Of a stretch of 64,000 nucleotides of DNA, positions 28,908-38,605 are shown piece by piece. Origin of the DNA: Thermoanaerobaculia bacterium (GTDB lineage: Bacteria > Acidobacteriota > Thermoanaerobaculia > UBA5066); NCBI GenBank assembly GCA_044229475.1, contig JBGASW010000007.1, forward strand, positions 62,054 to 126,053, written 5' to 3'. Position 1 is the first letter of the stretch; each line of letters starts with the position of its first letter. A model generated the notes under the pieces. The model was not told where the DNA came from. It saw only the letters and a list, made by a program, of their open reading frames with translations, and ran no database searches. The position numbers were made by a program, and so were the translations under genes.

Positions 28908-29241
28908 GAAAGAAACCTCCGACGGCGCGCGCGCCGCCTGTGGAATATGGCCGCGAACGCCCGTGGAAGTCAAACGAGTCAGAGGGTTTGCGTATTCCCC
29001 ACAGGCGGTTGAAAACCCCACCATCTAGTGGCTCCCCGAAAGAAAAACACTATCCCTTGCGTTTTCCCCTTGAAAAGCGATCTCAGCGGCACTACCTTGT
29101 CCGACAGACCTGACAACGAACCGGCGATCGCGAACAGTCGTCTTTCCCGGTCAGACGAAGGGCCCGAGGTGCCGCCGGGTGGCGGCAAAAACAGGACAAA
29201 CCACTCACGTGATCCGAAGTGAGAGGGAGGCTTTCCCGGCA

Positions 29242-32172
29242 ATGAGCAACATGAATGCGCGCGAGACGAAGGCCGGAACGAGGACGGAGAAGGCGAACGG
29301 CGCGGCCCCCCGATCGGGCGCCCGCGGGCTCACGTTCCGACGCGTCTACACGGACGGCGTGACGCACCCCTACGACGCGATCGAGTGGGAGCTGCGCACG
29401 GCCGCGATCACGAACGAGAAGGGCGAGGTGTTCTTCGAGCAGAAGGACGTCGAGGTCCCGAAGGCGTGGTCGATGACGGCGACGAACATCGTCGCCCAGA
29501 AGTACTTCTCCGGGAAGCCGGGGACGCCGCAGCGCGAGCGGTCGGTCCGCCAGCTCATCGGCCGGGTCGTCGAGACGATCACGGGCTTCGGCGCGAAGGG
29601 CGGCTACTTCCGCACCGCCGCCGACCGCGACGCGTTCTCGGACGAGCTCACGCACATCCTCGTGAACCAGGCGGCGAGCTTCAACTCGCCCGTGTGGTTC
29701 AACGTCGGCGTCGAGCCGAAGCCGCAGGCCTCCGCGTGCTTCATCAACTCGGTCGGCGATTCGATGTCCTCGATCCTGGACCTCGCCAAGACCGAGGGCA
29801 TGCTCTTCAAGTTCGGCTCGGGCACGGGCTCGAACCTCTCCAGCCTGCGCTCGTCGACCGAGTCGCTCTCGTCGGGCGGCATTGCCTCCGGCCCGGTCTC
29901 CTTCATGAAGGGCTTCGACAGCTTTGCGGGCGCGATCAAGTCGGGCGGCAAGACGCGCCGGGCGGCGAAGATGGTCATCCTCAACGTCGACCACCCCGAC
30001 ATCGAGGAGTTCATCCTCTGCAAGGAGAAGGAAGAGAAGAAGGCCTGGGACCTCATCGACGCCGGATGGGACGGCTCGTTCAACGGCGAGGTCTACAGCA
30101 ACATCGCCTTCCAGAACGCGAATCACTCCGTGCGCGTCACGGACGAGTTCATGAAGGCCGTCGAGTCCGGCGGCACGCACACGACGAAGGCCGTCACGAC
30201 CGGCGAGCCCATGGGGACGTTCGACGCGAAAGAGCTCCTCGTGAAGATGGCCGAGTCGGCCTGGGTCTGCGGCGACCCCGGCATGCAGTACGACACGCTC
30301 ATCAACAAGTGGAATCCGTGCAAGGCGACGCACCGGATCAACGCGTCGAACCCGTGTTCGGAGTACATGTTCATCGACGACTCGGCCTGCAACCTCGCGT
30401 CGCTGAACCTCATGAAGTTCGCGCGGGAGGACGGCGGGTTCGAGATCGAGAAGTTCCAGCACGCCGTGGACGTCGTCTTCGCGGCCCAGGAGATGCTCGT
30501 CTCGGAGGCCTCGTATCCGACGCCGGCGATCGAGAAGAACTCGCACGACTTCCGGCCGATCGGTCTCGGCTACGCGAACCTCGGCGCGCTCCTCATGTAC
30601 AACGGCCTCCCGTACGACAGCGACGAGGGCCGCCACTACGCCGCCGCGGTCACGAGCCTCATGCACGGGCAGGCCTACCTCACGTCCTCGAAGATCGCCT
30701 CGGAGATGGGGCCCTTCGCGGGCTATCCGCCGAACCGCGATGCGTTTCTCGAGGTCATCTCGATGCACCGCGACGCGGCGTACGAGGTCGCGAGGCCGGG
30801 CGTCCCGAAGGACCTCTGGGAGGCCCAGCGCGCCGTGTGGGACCTCACCCTCGAGTCCGGGCGGCAGCACGGGTACCGCAACGCGCAGGCGACCGTCCTC
30901 GCGCCCACGGGCACGATCGGTTTCATGATGGATTGCGACACGACGGGAGTGGAGCCGGACCTCGCGCTCGTGAAATACAAGAAACTCGTCGGCGGGGGCA
31001 CGATCAAGATCGTCAACCAGACGGTCCCCCACGCGCTCACGCGCCTCGGCTACTCGGACGCCGAGATGCACGCGATCGTCCGCCACATCGACGAGAAGGG
31101 CACGATCGAGGGGGCGCCGGGCCTGAAGAGCGAGCACCTCCCCGTCTTCGACTGCGCGTTCAAGGCCCTCGGCGGCACGCGCTCGATCGCCCCGATGGGC
31201 CACGTGAGGATGATGTCGGCGGTCCAGCCGTTCCTCTCGGGCGCCATCAGCAAGACCGTGAACATGCCGAACGACGCGACCGTCGAGGAGATCGCGGACG
31301 TCTACATGCAGGGCTGGAAGCTCGGCCTCAAGGCGATCGCGATCTACCGCGACGGCTGCAAGAGGACGCAGCCGCTCAACACGTCGGCGTCCAAGAACGA
31401 CGACGGGGTGAAGGGCACGCGCGACGCGCGCGGCAACACGATCGCCGCCGCCGCGCCCGTTGCGATCGCCCCCGCCCTGCGCCGGCACAAGCTGCCGGAC
31501 GAGCGCCGCGCGATCACGCACAAGTTCTCCGTCGCGGGCCACGAGGGCTACGTGACGGTCGGCCTCTACGAGGACGGGATGCCCGGCGAGATCTTCCTCA
31601 CGATGGCGAAGGAAGGCTCGACGATCTCCGGCCTCATGGACGCGTTCGCGACCGCGATCTCCCTGACGCTCCAGTACGGCGTGCCTCTCGAGGCGCTCGT
31701 GGAGAAGTTCAGCCACATGCGCTTCGAACCCGCGGGCTACACGAAGAACCCCGAGATCCCGATCGCGAAGAGCCTCGTCGACTACATATTCCGCTGGCTC
31801 GCGTCGAAGTTCCTGACCGCGGACCTCAAGGAGAAGGTCGGGATCATCTCGCGCGAGGAGCCCGGCCCGGCGACGTCGGCGTCCGGCTACAAGGCGACGG
31901 CGTCGGTCACGACGCTCGCGCCCGTCGCCGAGGCGGCGATGGCGCCGATCACGGCGGCGTTCCAGGCGATCGCCGGCATCCGGTCGGAGACGCCGGCCGA
32001 GGCCGCGGAGCCGCGCGCGATCGGTTTCGCGGTGCCCCTGGCCCCGGCCTCGAAACTGACGTTCGAGAACAGCGCGGACGCCCCGAGCTGCCACGAGTGC
32101 GGGAGCCTGATGGTGCGCGGCGGCGCCTGCTACAAGTGCCTGAACTGCGGAGCGACGAGCGGCTGTAGCTGA
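29242..32172 (+). CDS. nrdJ: Adenosylcobalamin-dependent (class II) ribonucleoside-diphosphate reductase
   Basis: 976 aa; class II RNR pattern; active-site Cys (ACNLASLNL region), C-terminal redox Cys pair (CYKCLNCG); strong SD GAGAGGGAGG. Confidence 0.9.
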   Translation: MSNMNARETKAGTRTEKANGAAPRSGARGLTFRRVYTDGVTHPYDAIEWELRTAAITNEKGEVFFEQKDVEVPKAWSMTATNIVAQKYFSGKPGTPQRERSVRQLIGRVVETITGFGAKGGYFRTAADRDAFSDELTHILVNQAASFNSPVWFNVGVEPKPQASACFINSVGDSMSSILDLAKTEGMLFKFGSGTGSNLSSLRSSTESLSSGGIASGPVSFMKGFDSFAGAIKSGGKTRRAAKMVILNVDHPDIEEFILCKEKEEKKAWDLIDAGWDGSFNGEVYSNIAFQNANHSVRVTDEFMKAVESGGTHTTKAVTTGEPMGTFDAKELLVKMAESAWVCGDPGMQYDTLINKWNPCKATHRINASNPCSEYMFIDDSACNLASLNLMKFAREDGGFEIEKFQHAVDVVFAAQEMLVSEASYPTPAIEKNSHDFRPIGLGYANLGALLMYNGLPYDSDEGRHYAAAVTSLMHGQAYLTSSKIASEMGPFAGYPPNRDAFLEVISMHRDAAYEVARPGVPKDLWEAQRAVWDLTLESGRQHGYRNAQATVLAPTGTIGFMMDCDTTGVEPDLALVKYKKLVGGGTIKIVNQTVPHALTRLGYSDAEMHAIVRHIDEKGTIEGAPGLKSEHLPVFDCAFKALGGTRSIAPMGHVRMMSAVQPFLSGAISKTVNMPNDATVEEIADVYMQGWKLGLKAIAIYRDGCKRTQPLNTSASKNDDGVKGTRDARGNTIAAAAPVAIAPALRRHKLPDERRAITHKFSVAGHEGYVTVGLYEDGMPGEIFLTMAKEGSTISGLMDAFATAISLTLQYGVPLEALVEKFSHMRFEPAGYTKNPEIPIAKSLVDYIFRWLASKFLTADLKEKVGIISREEPGPATSASGYKATASVTTLAPVAEAAMAPITAAFQAIAGIRSETPAEAAEPRAIGFAVPLAPASKLTFENSADAPSCHECGSLMVRGGACYKCLNCGATSGCS

Positions 32173-32173
32173 G

Positions 32174-33952
32174 GTGAGACGGGCGTTCAGCGCCTTCGTC
32201 GCGGTCGAGACGTTCGTCTTCCTCGCGCGCGAGGACCGCTGGGCGGTGCTCTTCTTCTTCACGAGGGAGACGTGGCTCCTCGTCACGCTGCTCTGGCTCA
32301 AGAACGTCGCGCTCGCGCTCCTGGCCGGCGTGCTCTTCGCGGCGCTCGTCCGCGCGACGGAGCGCCTCGAGCGCGCGACGGACCTCCGTGCGATGCGGGC
32401 GACGCGCGGCGTCGTCGCGATCGCGCTCCTCGCCGCCGGGATCGGCATCGCCTCGCGCTTCGCCTTTCCGGAGTGGATCCCGCCGGGGCTCTGGTTCGAC
32501 CCGCCTTTCGAGGCCCGCGCGCTCCTCGAGCGTCCCGACGGCCTGCCGTGGATCGGCGGCGCGCCGCTCCACGCCGACCCCGCCGCGGCGGGCAACCGCG
32601 AGCTCGTCTCGTTCGTGTACCTCCACTTCTACGACCTCGTGTTCCGCGTCTTCGGGCGCGGCGAAGCGGGTTTCGGCGCCCTGTCCGCGGTCCCGGGAGT
32701 CCTCGCGATCCCGGCGGCCGCGTGGCTCGCGTGGGAGGTCTCGGGCGGCCTCGCCGCGTCCCTCGCGACCGTGGCCGTCGCGCTCGGTCTCTGGCCGCTC
32801 GTCTTCTCGCGCTGGGGCTACACGGCCGCCGCGCTCATCCCGCTCGCGCTCGTCGCGGGCGCCGCGACGCTCGCGGCGCTCCGGACGCGGCGGGTCGCGT
32901 TCGCCCTCCTCGCGGGCGCAGCGCTCGGCCTCTCGCTCCATACGCATTCCTCGTCGTGGGCCGTGGCGGCGGGACTCGGCGTCTTCTCGCTTTCGCTCCT
33001 CCGCGCGAGGGAGAACCGCGCGCTCGTTCTCGCGGCGTGGCTCACGGCAGGCGTCGCGTTCCTGCCGTTCGGGATCGGATACCTGCAGAACCCCGCGAAC
33101 CTCGGGGGACGCATCCGCGACGTGCCCGCCGGCTCGCGCGTGTCGGGCGCGTACGGCGCTCCCGTGACCGGCCCGCTCCGCGTGCCCGCGACGCTGCTCA
33201 CGAACGCGCTCGACTACGCGGGCGTCCTCGTCTGGACGCCGGACCCGAACGCGCGCGACGGGCTGCCGGAGCGGCCGGCCCTGCACCCGCTCCTCGGGAT
33301 CGCCGCGCTGGCCGGTTTCGCGCGCGCGGCCTCCCGCCGGACGCGCGCCGACCTCGCGCTCCTCGCGCTCGCGGGCGGGAGCCTCGCCGCCGGCGTCCTC
33401 TCGAATCCGGGCGGGGCGCCGAACACGATCCGGACGTGCGTGTTCGTTCCGGCCGCGCTCGTGGCGGCGGCGGGCGTCCTCGCGACGTGGTCCGCGGCGC
33501 TCGCGCGGCGGCTCGCCGTGCGTCCCGCGGCGGCGGCCGGCGCCGTCGCCGCGGCGGTCCTCGTCTTCGAGACGCGGCCGTTCCTCGCGACCTGGCCGGA
33601 ACACCCCGCCGTCCTCGCGCACTTCTGCGTCACGGAGACGTCCGCCGCGCGCCTCGTGCGGACGCTCGCGCCCGGACGGCTCGTCCTCGAGCCCTCGGCG
33701 CTGCGCTTCGCGTTCGTCTTCGACGCGCTGCACGGGCCGACGGGCGCGCGTGTTCCCATGGCCACCGCCGAGCGCCGGAGTGCGGCCGATCTCGTCGCGG
33801 CACCTCCCGCGCGGGCGTTCACGTTCGTCACGCGGCGCGACGCGCTCGAACCCCTTGCCCGCGCCGGCTTCCGCGTCGGTCGGGGCGTCGCACCGAACAC
33901 GTTCGACCCGCAGCTCGTCGTCGCGCGCGTCGTGCCGCCCGCGCCCCGTTAG
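32174..33952 (+). CDS. Polytopic integral membrane protein, GT-C fold/ArnT-PMT (GT39)-like (hypothetical)
   Basis: 592 aa, >10 TM helices; GTG start 1 nt after nrdJ stop. Confidence 0.5.
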   Translation: MRRAFSAFVAVETFVFLAREDRWAVLFFFTRETWLLVTLLWLKNVALALLAGVLFAALVRATERLERATDLRAMRATRGVVAIALLAAGIGIASRFAFPEWIPPGLWFDPPFEARALLERPDGLPWIGGAPLHADPAAAGNRELVSFVYLHFYDLVFRVFGRGEAGFGALSAVPGVLAIPAAAWLAWEVSGGLAASLATVAVALGLWPLVFSRWGYTAAALIPLALVAGAATLAALRTRRVAFALLAGAALGLSLHTHSSSWAVAAGLGVFSLSLLRARENRALVLAAWLTAGVAFLPFGIGYLQNPANLGGRIRDVPAGSRVSGAYGAPVTGPLRVPATLLTNALDYAGVLVWTPDPNARDGLPERPALHPLLGIAALAGFARAASRRTRADLALLALAGGSLAAGVLSNPGGAPNTIRTCVFVPAALVAAAGVLATWSAALARRLAVRPAAAAGAVAAAVLVFETRPFLATWPEHPAVLAHFCVTETSAARLVRTLAPGRLVLEPSALRFAFVFDALHGPTGARVPMATAERRSAADLVAAPPARAFTFVTRRDALEPLARAGFRVGRGVAPNTFDPQLVVARVVPPAPR

Positions 33953-33962
33953 GGCGCTTCGG

Positions 33963-35579
33963 TCAGCGGCGGATCTCGTTCCAGAGGCGCCGGATGTTCC
34001 CCGGCTCGGGCGGCGGCGCGCCGGGGGCCGGGGGTGGAAGGCGGACTTCGAGGAACAGGCCGCCGCTTCCCGTGGCGCCGAGCGTCGCGGCGGCGGCGCG
34101 GAACGCGTCGGCGCGCTCGACGAGCGCGACACCGGGCGAGAAGCGCCGGATCGCGTCCGCCACCGCCCCTGCGGCAGGCTCGGCGCCCTCCACGGGAGGC
34201 GCGCCCTCGACGAGCCAGACCCGTTCGATGTGGCGGTAGTTGTAGAACTTGACGACGTCGCGGCCCTTGCGCGTCACGACGAGGACGCGCAGGGTCGGGT
34301 CGCGGTCGAGGAGGTCGCGCGCGCGCGCGCCCATTGCGTTCGCCGGAGCAAGGTACTCGCTCTGGGCGTCCGCGGACGGCCCGAAGAGCGTCGCGTACTC
34401 GGCGAACCCGAGGGCGCCGGGCGCGAGAAGCGCGGCCGCGAGGGCGAGACGCGCGCGCGGCCACCTCCGCCACGCCCGGCCGACCGCGAGGGCGGCGAGG
34501 AGGACGATCGCGGGCTGCAGCATGAGGAGCCGCGTGAGGCTCGGTCCCGAGACGCCGAGGAGGAGCGTCCCCGCCCCGAGCACCCAGAGAAGATAGGAAA
34601 GCCCGGCGGGCCGAGGCCCGCGCGCCGCGAGGACGAGGCCGCACGCGAACGCGACCGCCGTGACGGGGTCGACGGGGTGCACGCCGGCGCTCGTGACGGA
34701 GACGGCCGTCGCGTCGAAATTGTGGCCGGGCCCGAGCCACACCGTGTAGAAGCGCGGAAGGTGGAAAGGCAGGAGCGCCGTCCAGAAGACGTTCACGACC
34801 TTCCACGTCCAGCCGCCGCGGTACACGTAGTAGCCGCGGAAGAGGAACTCGCCGGGCTCCCGCAGGAAGAAGAGGACGTTCGGAATCGACGCGACGGCGA
34901 TCCCGGCGAGCGCCGGGCCGAGCGCCGCGCGCCACGCGCGTTCCGCCCGCGGCTTCTTCAGCTCGCCCGCGGCCGCCCAGAGCAGCCAGGCCGGGGCGAG
35001 GACGCGGCACGAGCTGTAGGCGTAGACGGACAGGCCGAGGACGAAGCCCGCCGCGAACCGGACCCGCCACGTCGCTCCGGCCGCTGCTCCCGCGTGAACC
35101 AGGAGGACGGCGAGCAGGAAGAAGAGAGGGGCGGAGATCGCGCGCAGGCCGACCTGCCCGTAGTGGAAGAGCCAGACGGAACCCGCCGACAGGAGAAACG
35201 GGATCGCGGGGGGCGTGTCCGGGTCGAGCCGGCGCGCCGCGAGGACGGTGAGAAAGACGACCGTGGCCGAGGCAAGGACGGACGGAAAGACGACGGAGCC
35301 CCAGCGCGGACCGAAGAGCTCGACGGACCCGCCCATCACGTAGAGCCAGAGCGTCTCCGCGGAAGGCCCGATCGCGAACGAGAGGACGTCGAAGCGCCGC
35401 CGCACGACGAGGTGCACGCCGCGCAGCGCTTCGACGGCGGGTCCGCCCTCGAGGCCGGACGGGATGCGGCCGAACGACAGCGCGTGGACGGCGAGGAGAG
35501 CCGGAAGCCCCAGGGCGAGCGTCCACGCGAACGCGGGGAAGGAGCGGCCCGTCCCGGCGGCCGCGCCGCGCGTCGTCAT
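33963..35579 (-). CDS. Polytopic integral membrane protein, ArnT/PMT (GT39)-like glycosyltransferase family (hypothetical)
   Basis: 538 aa, many TM helices, large periplasmic C-terminal domain; convergent with preceding paralog-like gene. Confidence 0.5.
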   Translation of the reverse strand: MTTRGAAAGTGRSFPAFAWTLALGLPALLAVHALSFGRIPSGLEGGPAVEALRGVHLVVRRRFDVLSFAIGPSAETLWLYVMGGSVELFGPRWGSVVFPSVLASATVVFLTVLAARRLDPDTPPAIPFLLSAGSVWLFHYGQVGLRAISAPLFFLLAVLLVHAGAAAGATWRVRFAAGFVLGLSVYAYSSCRVLAPAWLLWAAAGELKKPRAERAWRAALGPALAGIAVASIPNVLFFLREPGEFLFRGYYVYRGGWTWKVVNVFWTALLPFHLPRFYTVWLGPGHNFDATAVSVTSAGVHPVDPVTAVAFACGLVLAARGPRPAGLSYLLWVLGAGTLLLGVSGPSLTRLLMLQPAIVLLAALAVGRAWRRWPRARLALAAALLAPGALGFAEYATLFGPSADAQSEYLAPANAMGARARDLLDRDPTLRVLVVTRKGRDVVKFYNYRHIERVWLVEGAPPVEGAEPAAGAVADAIRRFSPGVALVERADAFRAAAATLGATGSGGLFLEVRLPPPAPGAPPPEPGNIRRLWNEIRR

Positions 35580-35631
35580 CGCGGCATTCTAGAAGCGGAG
35601 CGGGCCCCGCGGCCCGCTCCGCCGGTATGCC

Positions 35632-36207
35632 TCAGCGGATCGGGACGAGCGTGGGCGTGGGCGCGGGCGGCGCGGCGCGGCCGGGCGCGGGCTTCGCGGG
35701 TTTGAGGCAGGCCTCGGGGGCGCCGACGTTGATGACCTTCATGCCGTTCCAGGTCGCGGGCCCCGGCCCGTCGTTGTTCGCGAAATTGGATTCGGCGATC
35801 TTGTGGTCGCGGTTCACCGTCGCGTGGAAGGGGTGCGGGGCTCCCGCCTTGATGTGGGCGGGATCGGCGTCGTAGTACGTGATCGGAACCGACACCTGCC
35901 GGGTTTCGCCGGGCGCGAGCGGCGGGTCGATCGCGACGCCGGTGCCGAACGAGTCGGGATTCGGCAGGTGCATGTCCGCCACGACGACGACCGGTCGGTT
36001 GGGGCCGCTCCAGCTGGCGGTCCCCTGGTTCTTCACGCCGACCGAGAACGTGAAGAGGGTCTGACCCTTCACGCACGAGGTCCCCCACGAAGCCAGTCCG
36101 AAGCTCGTGATCACGAGATCGGGCATCGGGGCGGGCGTGGTGTTCTGTGCGGCCGCGGAACCCGCGGCCATGGCGAATACGGCGGCGAAAACGAGAGCTC
36201 TTTTCAC
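35632..36207 (-). CDS. Hypothetical secreted protein (CARDB/Ig-like)
   Basis: GTG start with AGGAGG SD; signal peptide VKRALVFAAVFAMAAGSAAAQ. Confidence 0.5.
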   Translation of the reverse strand: MKRALVFAAVFAMAAGSAAAQNTTPAPMPDLVITSFGLASWGTSCVKGQTLFTFSVGVKNQGTASWSGPNRPVVVVADMHLPNPDSFGTGVAIDPPLAPGETRQVSVPITYYDADPAHIKAGAPHPFHATVNRDHKIAESNFANNDGPGPATWNGMKVINVGAPEACLKPAKPAPGRAAPPAPTPTLVPIR

Positions 36208-36389
36208 GAGACCTCCTGATGCCGCCGAATGTAAGGCCTGGCGGGCCCGGCGCAAGGCCCGGCCGTGGCTCCCGGACGCCAGAACCGGGTTTCGGGGCGT
36301 CACGGCGCCCCGAAACGGCCCTCCGGCGCGGCCGAATGGTTCAAATGAGGGATGGACGGCCCTCGGCCGCCCCCCGACATTGACCTTGG

Positions 36390-38027
36390 ATGACTCTGTC
36401 CCGGATTCCCTTCCACCGCCGGCTCGGCTTCAAGATCACGGCCACTGCGGCGGCGGCGATCCTCGTGCCCGTCGCGATCGTGGCGGCCGTCACGATCCGC
36501 GCCCAGCACGACGAGCTCGTGGCGCGCGCGCAGGGCAGCGCCGCGATCCTCTCGGAGACCGTCCGGAGCGCGACGCACGACTTCATGCTGAAGGACCAGC
36601 GCGAGGACGCGTACCGGATCGTCGAGATCGTCGGGCACGAGAGCCTCCGCGAGGGCAGCTCGATCGAGAGCGTCCGGATCTTCAACAAGCAGGGCGCCAC
36701 CGTGTACTCGACCGACCGCGCCGAGATCGGGCGGATCGCGGACAAGAGCGCCGGGGCCTGCGCGCCGTGCCACGGCGGGGCGGGCGCGCCGATCGCGAAC
36801 CCCGACCCCGCGACGCGCAGCCGGATCTCGGCGGTCGGCGACCGGCGCGTCCTCTCGTTCGTGACGCCGATCTACAACGAGGCCGCGTGCGCGGCGGCCG
36901 GCTGCCACGCGGCGCCGAAGGAGCAGCGCGTTCTCGGGCTCCTCGACGTCGCGCTCTCGCTGCGCGACGTGGACGACCGGCGCGCCGCCGCGACGTGGCG
37001 GATCGTCGGGCTGTCGCTTCTCGCGCTCGTCGCCCTGACGGCGCTCGTCTCGGCGATCGTCCGCGTCCTCGTGTTCCGTCCGGTCTCGGACATGCTCGCG
37101 GCGACGAAAGACCTCGCGCACGGCGGCACGCCGGCGCCCCTCCCGATCCGGTCGGACGACGAGCTCGGGATGCTCGGCCGCTCGTTCAACGAGATGAGCG
37201 ACTCGCTGCGCAAGGCCCGCGCGGAGCTCGAGCGTGCCGCGGACGGCCTCGAGCGCCAGGTGGAGGAGCGGACGGCCGCGCTCCAGCGGGCGCAGGAGGC
37301 GCTCGTGCAGTCCGAGAAGCTCGTCTCGCTCGGGACGCTCTCCGCGTCGATCGCCCACGAGATCAACAACCCGCTCGCGGGCATCCTGACGTTCGCGCGC
37401 CTCATGACGCGCACGCTCGAGTCGGGCGAGGTCGACGACGCGGCGCGCGCGGCCTGCCTGAAGAACCTCGGGCTGATTCAGCGCGAGACCGAGCGCTGCA
37501 CGCGAATCGTGCGGAGCCTCCTCGATTTCGCGCGGGCGCGCCCGATCGAGCTCCACGCGGTCGACGCCGTCGCCGCTCTCGACGAGGCCGTGTCGCTCAC
37601 GCAGCACAAGCTCCAGCTCGAGCAGGTCGCCGTGACGAAGGATCTCGACGGCGCGGCGGTCGTCCAGGGCGACTTCGGCCAGCTGCGGCAGGTCTTCGTG
37701 AACCTCATCCTGAACGCCTGCGACGCGATGCCGGGCGGCGGGACGCTCACCGTGACCGCGCGGAAGGTGGACGACGGGCGCACCGTGGAGATCGCCCTCT
37801 CGGACACGGGCGCGGGCATCGCGCCCGAGCACCTCTCGCGGATCTTCGACCCGTTCTTCACGACGAAGCAGATGGGCACGGGCCTCGGCCTCTCCGTCGC
37901 GTACGGCGTCGTCGAGAAGCACGGCGGCTCGATGAAGGCGGTCAGCCGCGTCGGCGCGGGGACGACGATGACGATCCGGCTCCCGCTCGCCGGGGAGACG
38001 GCGGCGCCGGCGGGCGCCGCCGCGTGA
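36390..38027 (+). CDS. Sensor histidine kinase with periplasmic c-type heme-binding sensor domain
   Basis: TM-periplasmic domain-TM-HAMP-HisKA (SIAHEINNPL)-HATPase_c (GTGLGLS); periplasmic domain has CAPCH (CxxCH) and CAAAGCH (Cx4CH) motifs. Confidence 0.8.
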   Translation: MTLSRIPFHRRLGFKITATAAAAILVPVAIVAAVTIRAQHDELVARAQGSAAILSETVRSATHDFMLKDQREDAYRIVEIVGHESLREGSSIESVRIFNKQGATVYSTDRAEIGRIADKSAGACAPCHGGAGAPIANPDPATRSRISAVGDRRVLSFVTPIYNEAACAAAGCHAAPKEQRVLGLLDVALSLRDVDDRRAAATWRIVGLSLLALVALTALVSAIVRVLVFRPVSDMLAATKDLAHGGTPAPLPIRSDDELGMLGRSFNEMSDSLRKARAELERAADGLERQVEERTAALQRAQEALVQSEKLVSLGTLSASIAHEINNPLAGILTFARLMTRTLESGEVDDAARAACLKNLGLIQRETERCTRIVRSLLDFARARPIELHAVDAVAALDEAVSLTQHKLQLEQVAVTKDLDGAAVVQGDFGQLRQVFVNLILNACDAMPGGGTLTVTARKVDDGRTVEIALSDTGAGIAPEHLSRIFDPFFTTKQMGTGLGLSVAYGVVEKHGGSMKAVSRVGAGTTMTIRLPLAGETAAPAGAAA

Positions 38028-38605
38028 GCGAGGTCCTCCTCCTGTGGATCGGAGTTCGGGACCCGGCCGCGGATCTCCTCGAAGGCGTTCGCCGGAGCGT
38101 GGCGCGCGAGTTCGAGATCGACGCCCGCGTGAGCGTCTCGGCCGAGCGCCCCGAGGACGCGTTCGACGCGCGCCGGGGTCAGCACTCGTCCACGCGGATC
38201 CTCGCGTGGCTGCAGGAGCGCCGGGAGGGGGCGCACCGGGTCCTCGGCGTGACGGACGCCGACCTCTTCATCCCGATCCTGACCTTCGTCTTCGGCGAGG
38301 CGCAGCTCGGCGGCCGCGCCGCGGTCGTCTCGACGGCCCGCCTCGGCGACACCCCGCTGATCCCCGGCGAGCCGGCGCGCATCGCCCTGCGCCTCCAGAA
38401 GGAGGCCGTGCACGAGCTCGGGCACACGTTCGGCCTCCTGCACTGCGCCGACGCGCGCTGCGCCATGGCGCGTTCGCCGAGCCTGAGACACGTCGACGAG
38501 AAATCCCCCGTCCTTTGCCGCGCCTGCCGCGCCCGCACCCGCGAACTCTCGGAGAACGGAGACGTCCATGAGCAAGAAGAACACGCGAATCCTGATCGTC
38601 GATGA
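38024..38605 (+). CDS. Archaemetzincin-like zinc metalloprotease (peptidase M54 family)
   Basis: HELGHTFGLLHC zinc motif plus CX4C...CX2C zinc-ribbon; GTG start overlapping HK stop (GTGA); 3' end overlaps RR start by ~38 nt. Confidence 0.65.
   Translation: MSEVLLLWIGVRDPAADLLEGVRRSVAREFEIDARVSVSAERPEDAFDARRGQHSSTRILAWLQERREGAHRVLGVTDADLFIPILTFVFGEAQLGGRAAVVSTARLGDTPLIPGEPARIALRLQKEAVHELGHTFGLLHCADARCAMARSPSLRHVDEKSPVLCRACRARTRELSENGDVHEQEEHANPDRR

Noticed and set aside
28908-29241. Possible cobalamin riboswitch upstream of nrdJ
   Set aside because: No B12 box (GCCACTG) or GGGAAG/GGTG-AA-CC core elements found. A B12 riboswitch is also not expected on a B12-dependent RNR. Region kept only as an unexplained long leader.
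31949-34132. 727-aa minus-strand ORF across nrdJ 3' end and the membrane-protein gene
   Set aside because: Shadow ORF with RRxR/GRE low-complexity composition opposite two well-supported genes.
36275-36315. Strong GC hairpin (GTTTCGGGGCG/CGCCCCGAAAC arms) in the divergent region upstream of the sensor kinase
   Set aside because: No adjacent U-tract on either strand, so not a terminator. Function, if any, cannot be inferred from sequence, and it may be incidental GC-rich self-complementarity.
36107-38605. 832-aa plus-strand ORF
   Set aside because: Only the last 193 codons (archaemetzincin-like, 38024-38605) are credible. The upstream part is an alternate frame of the sensor kinase gene.
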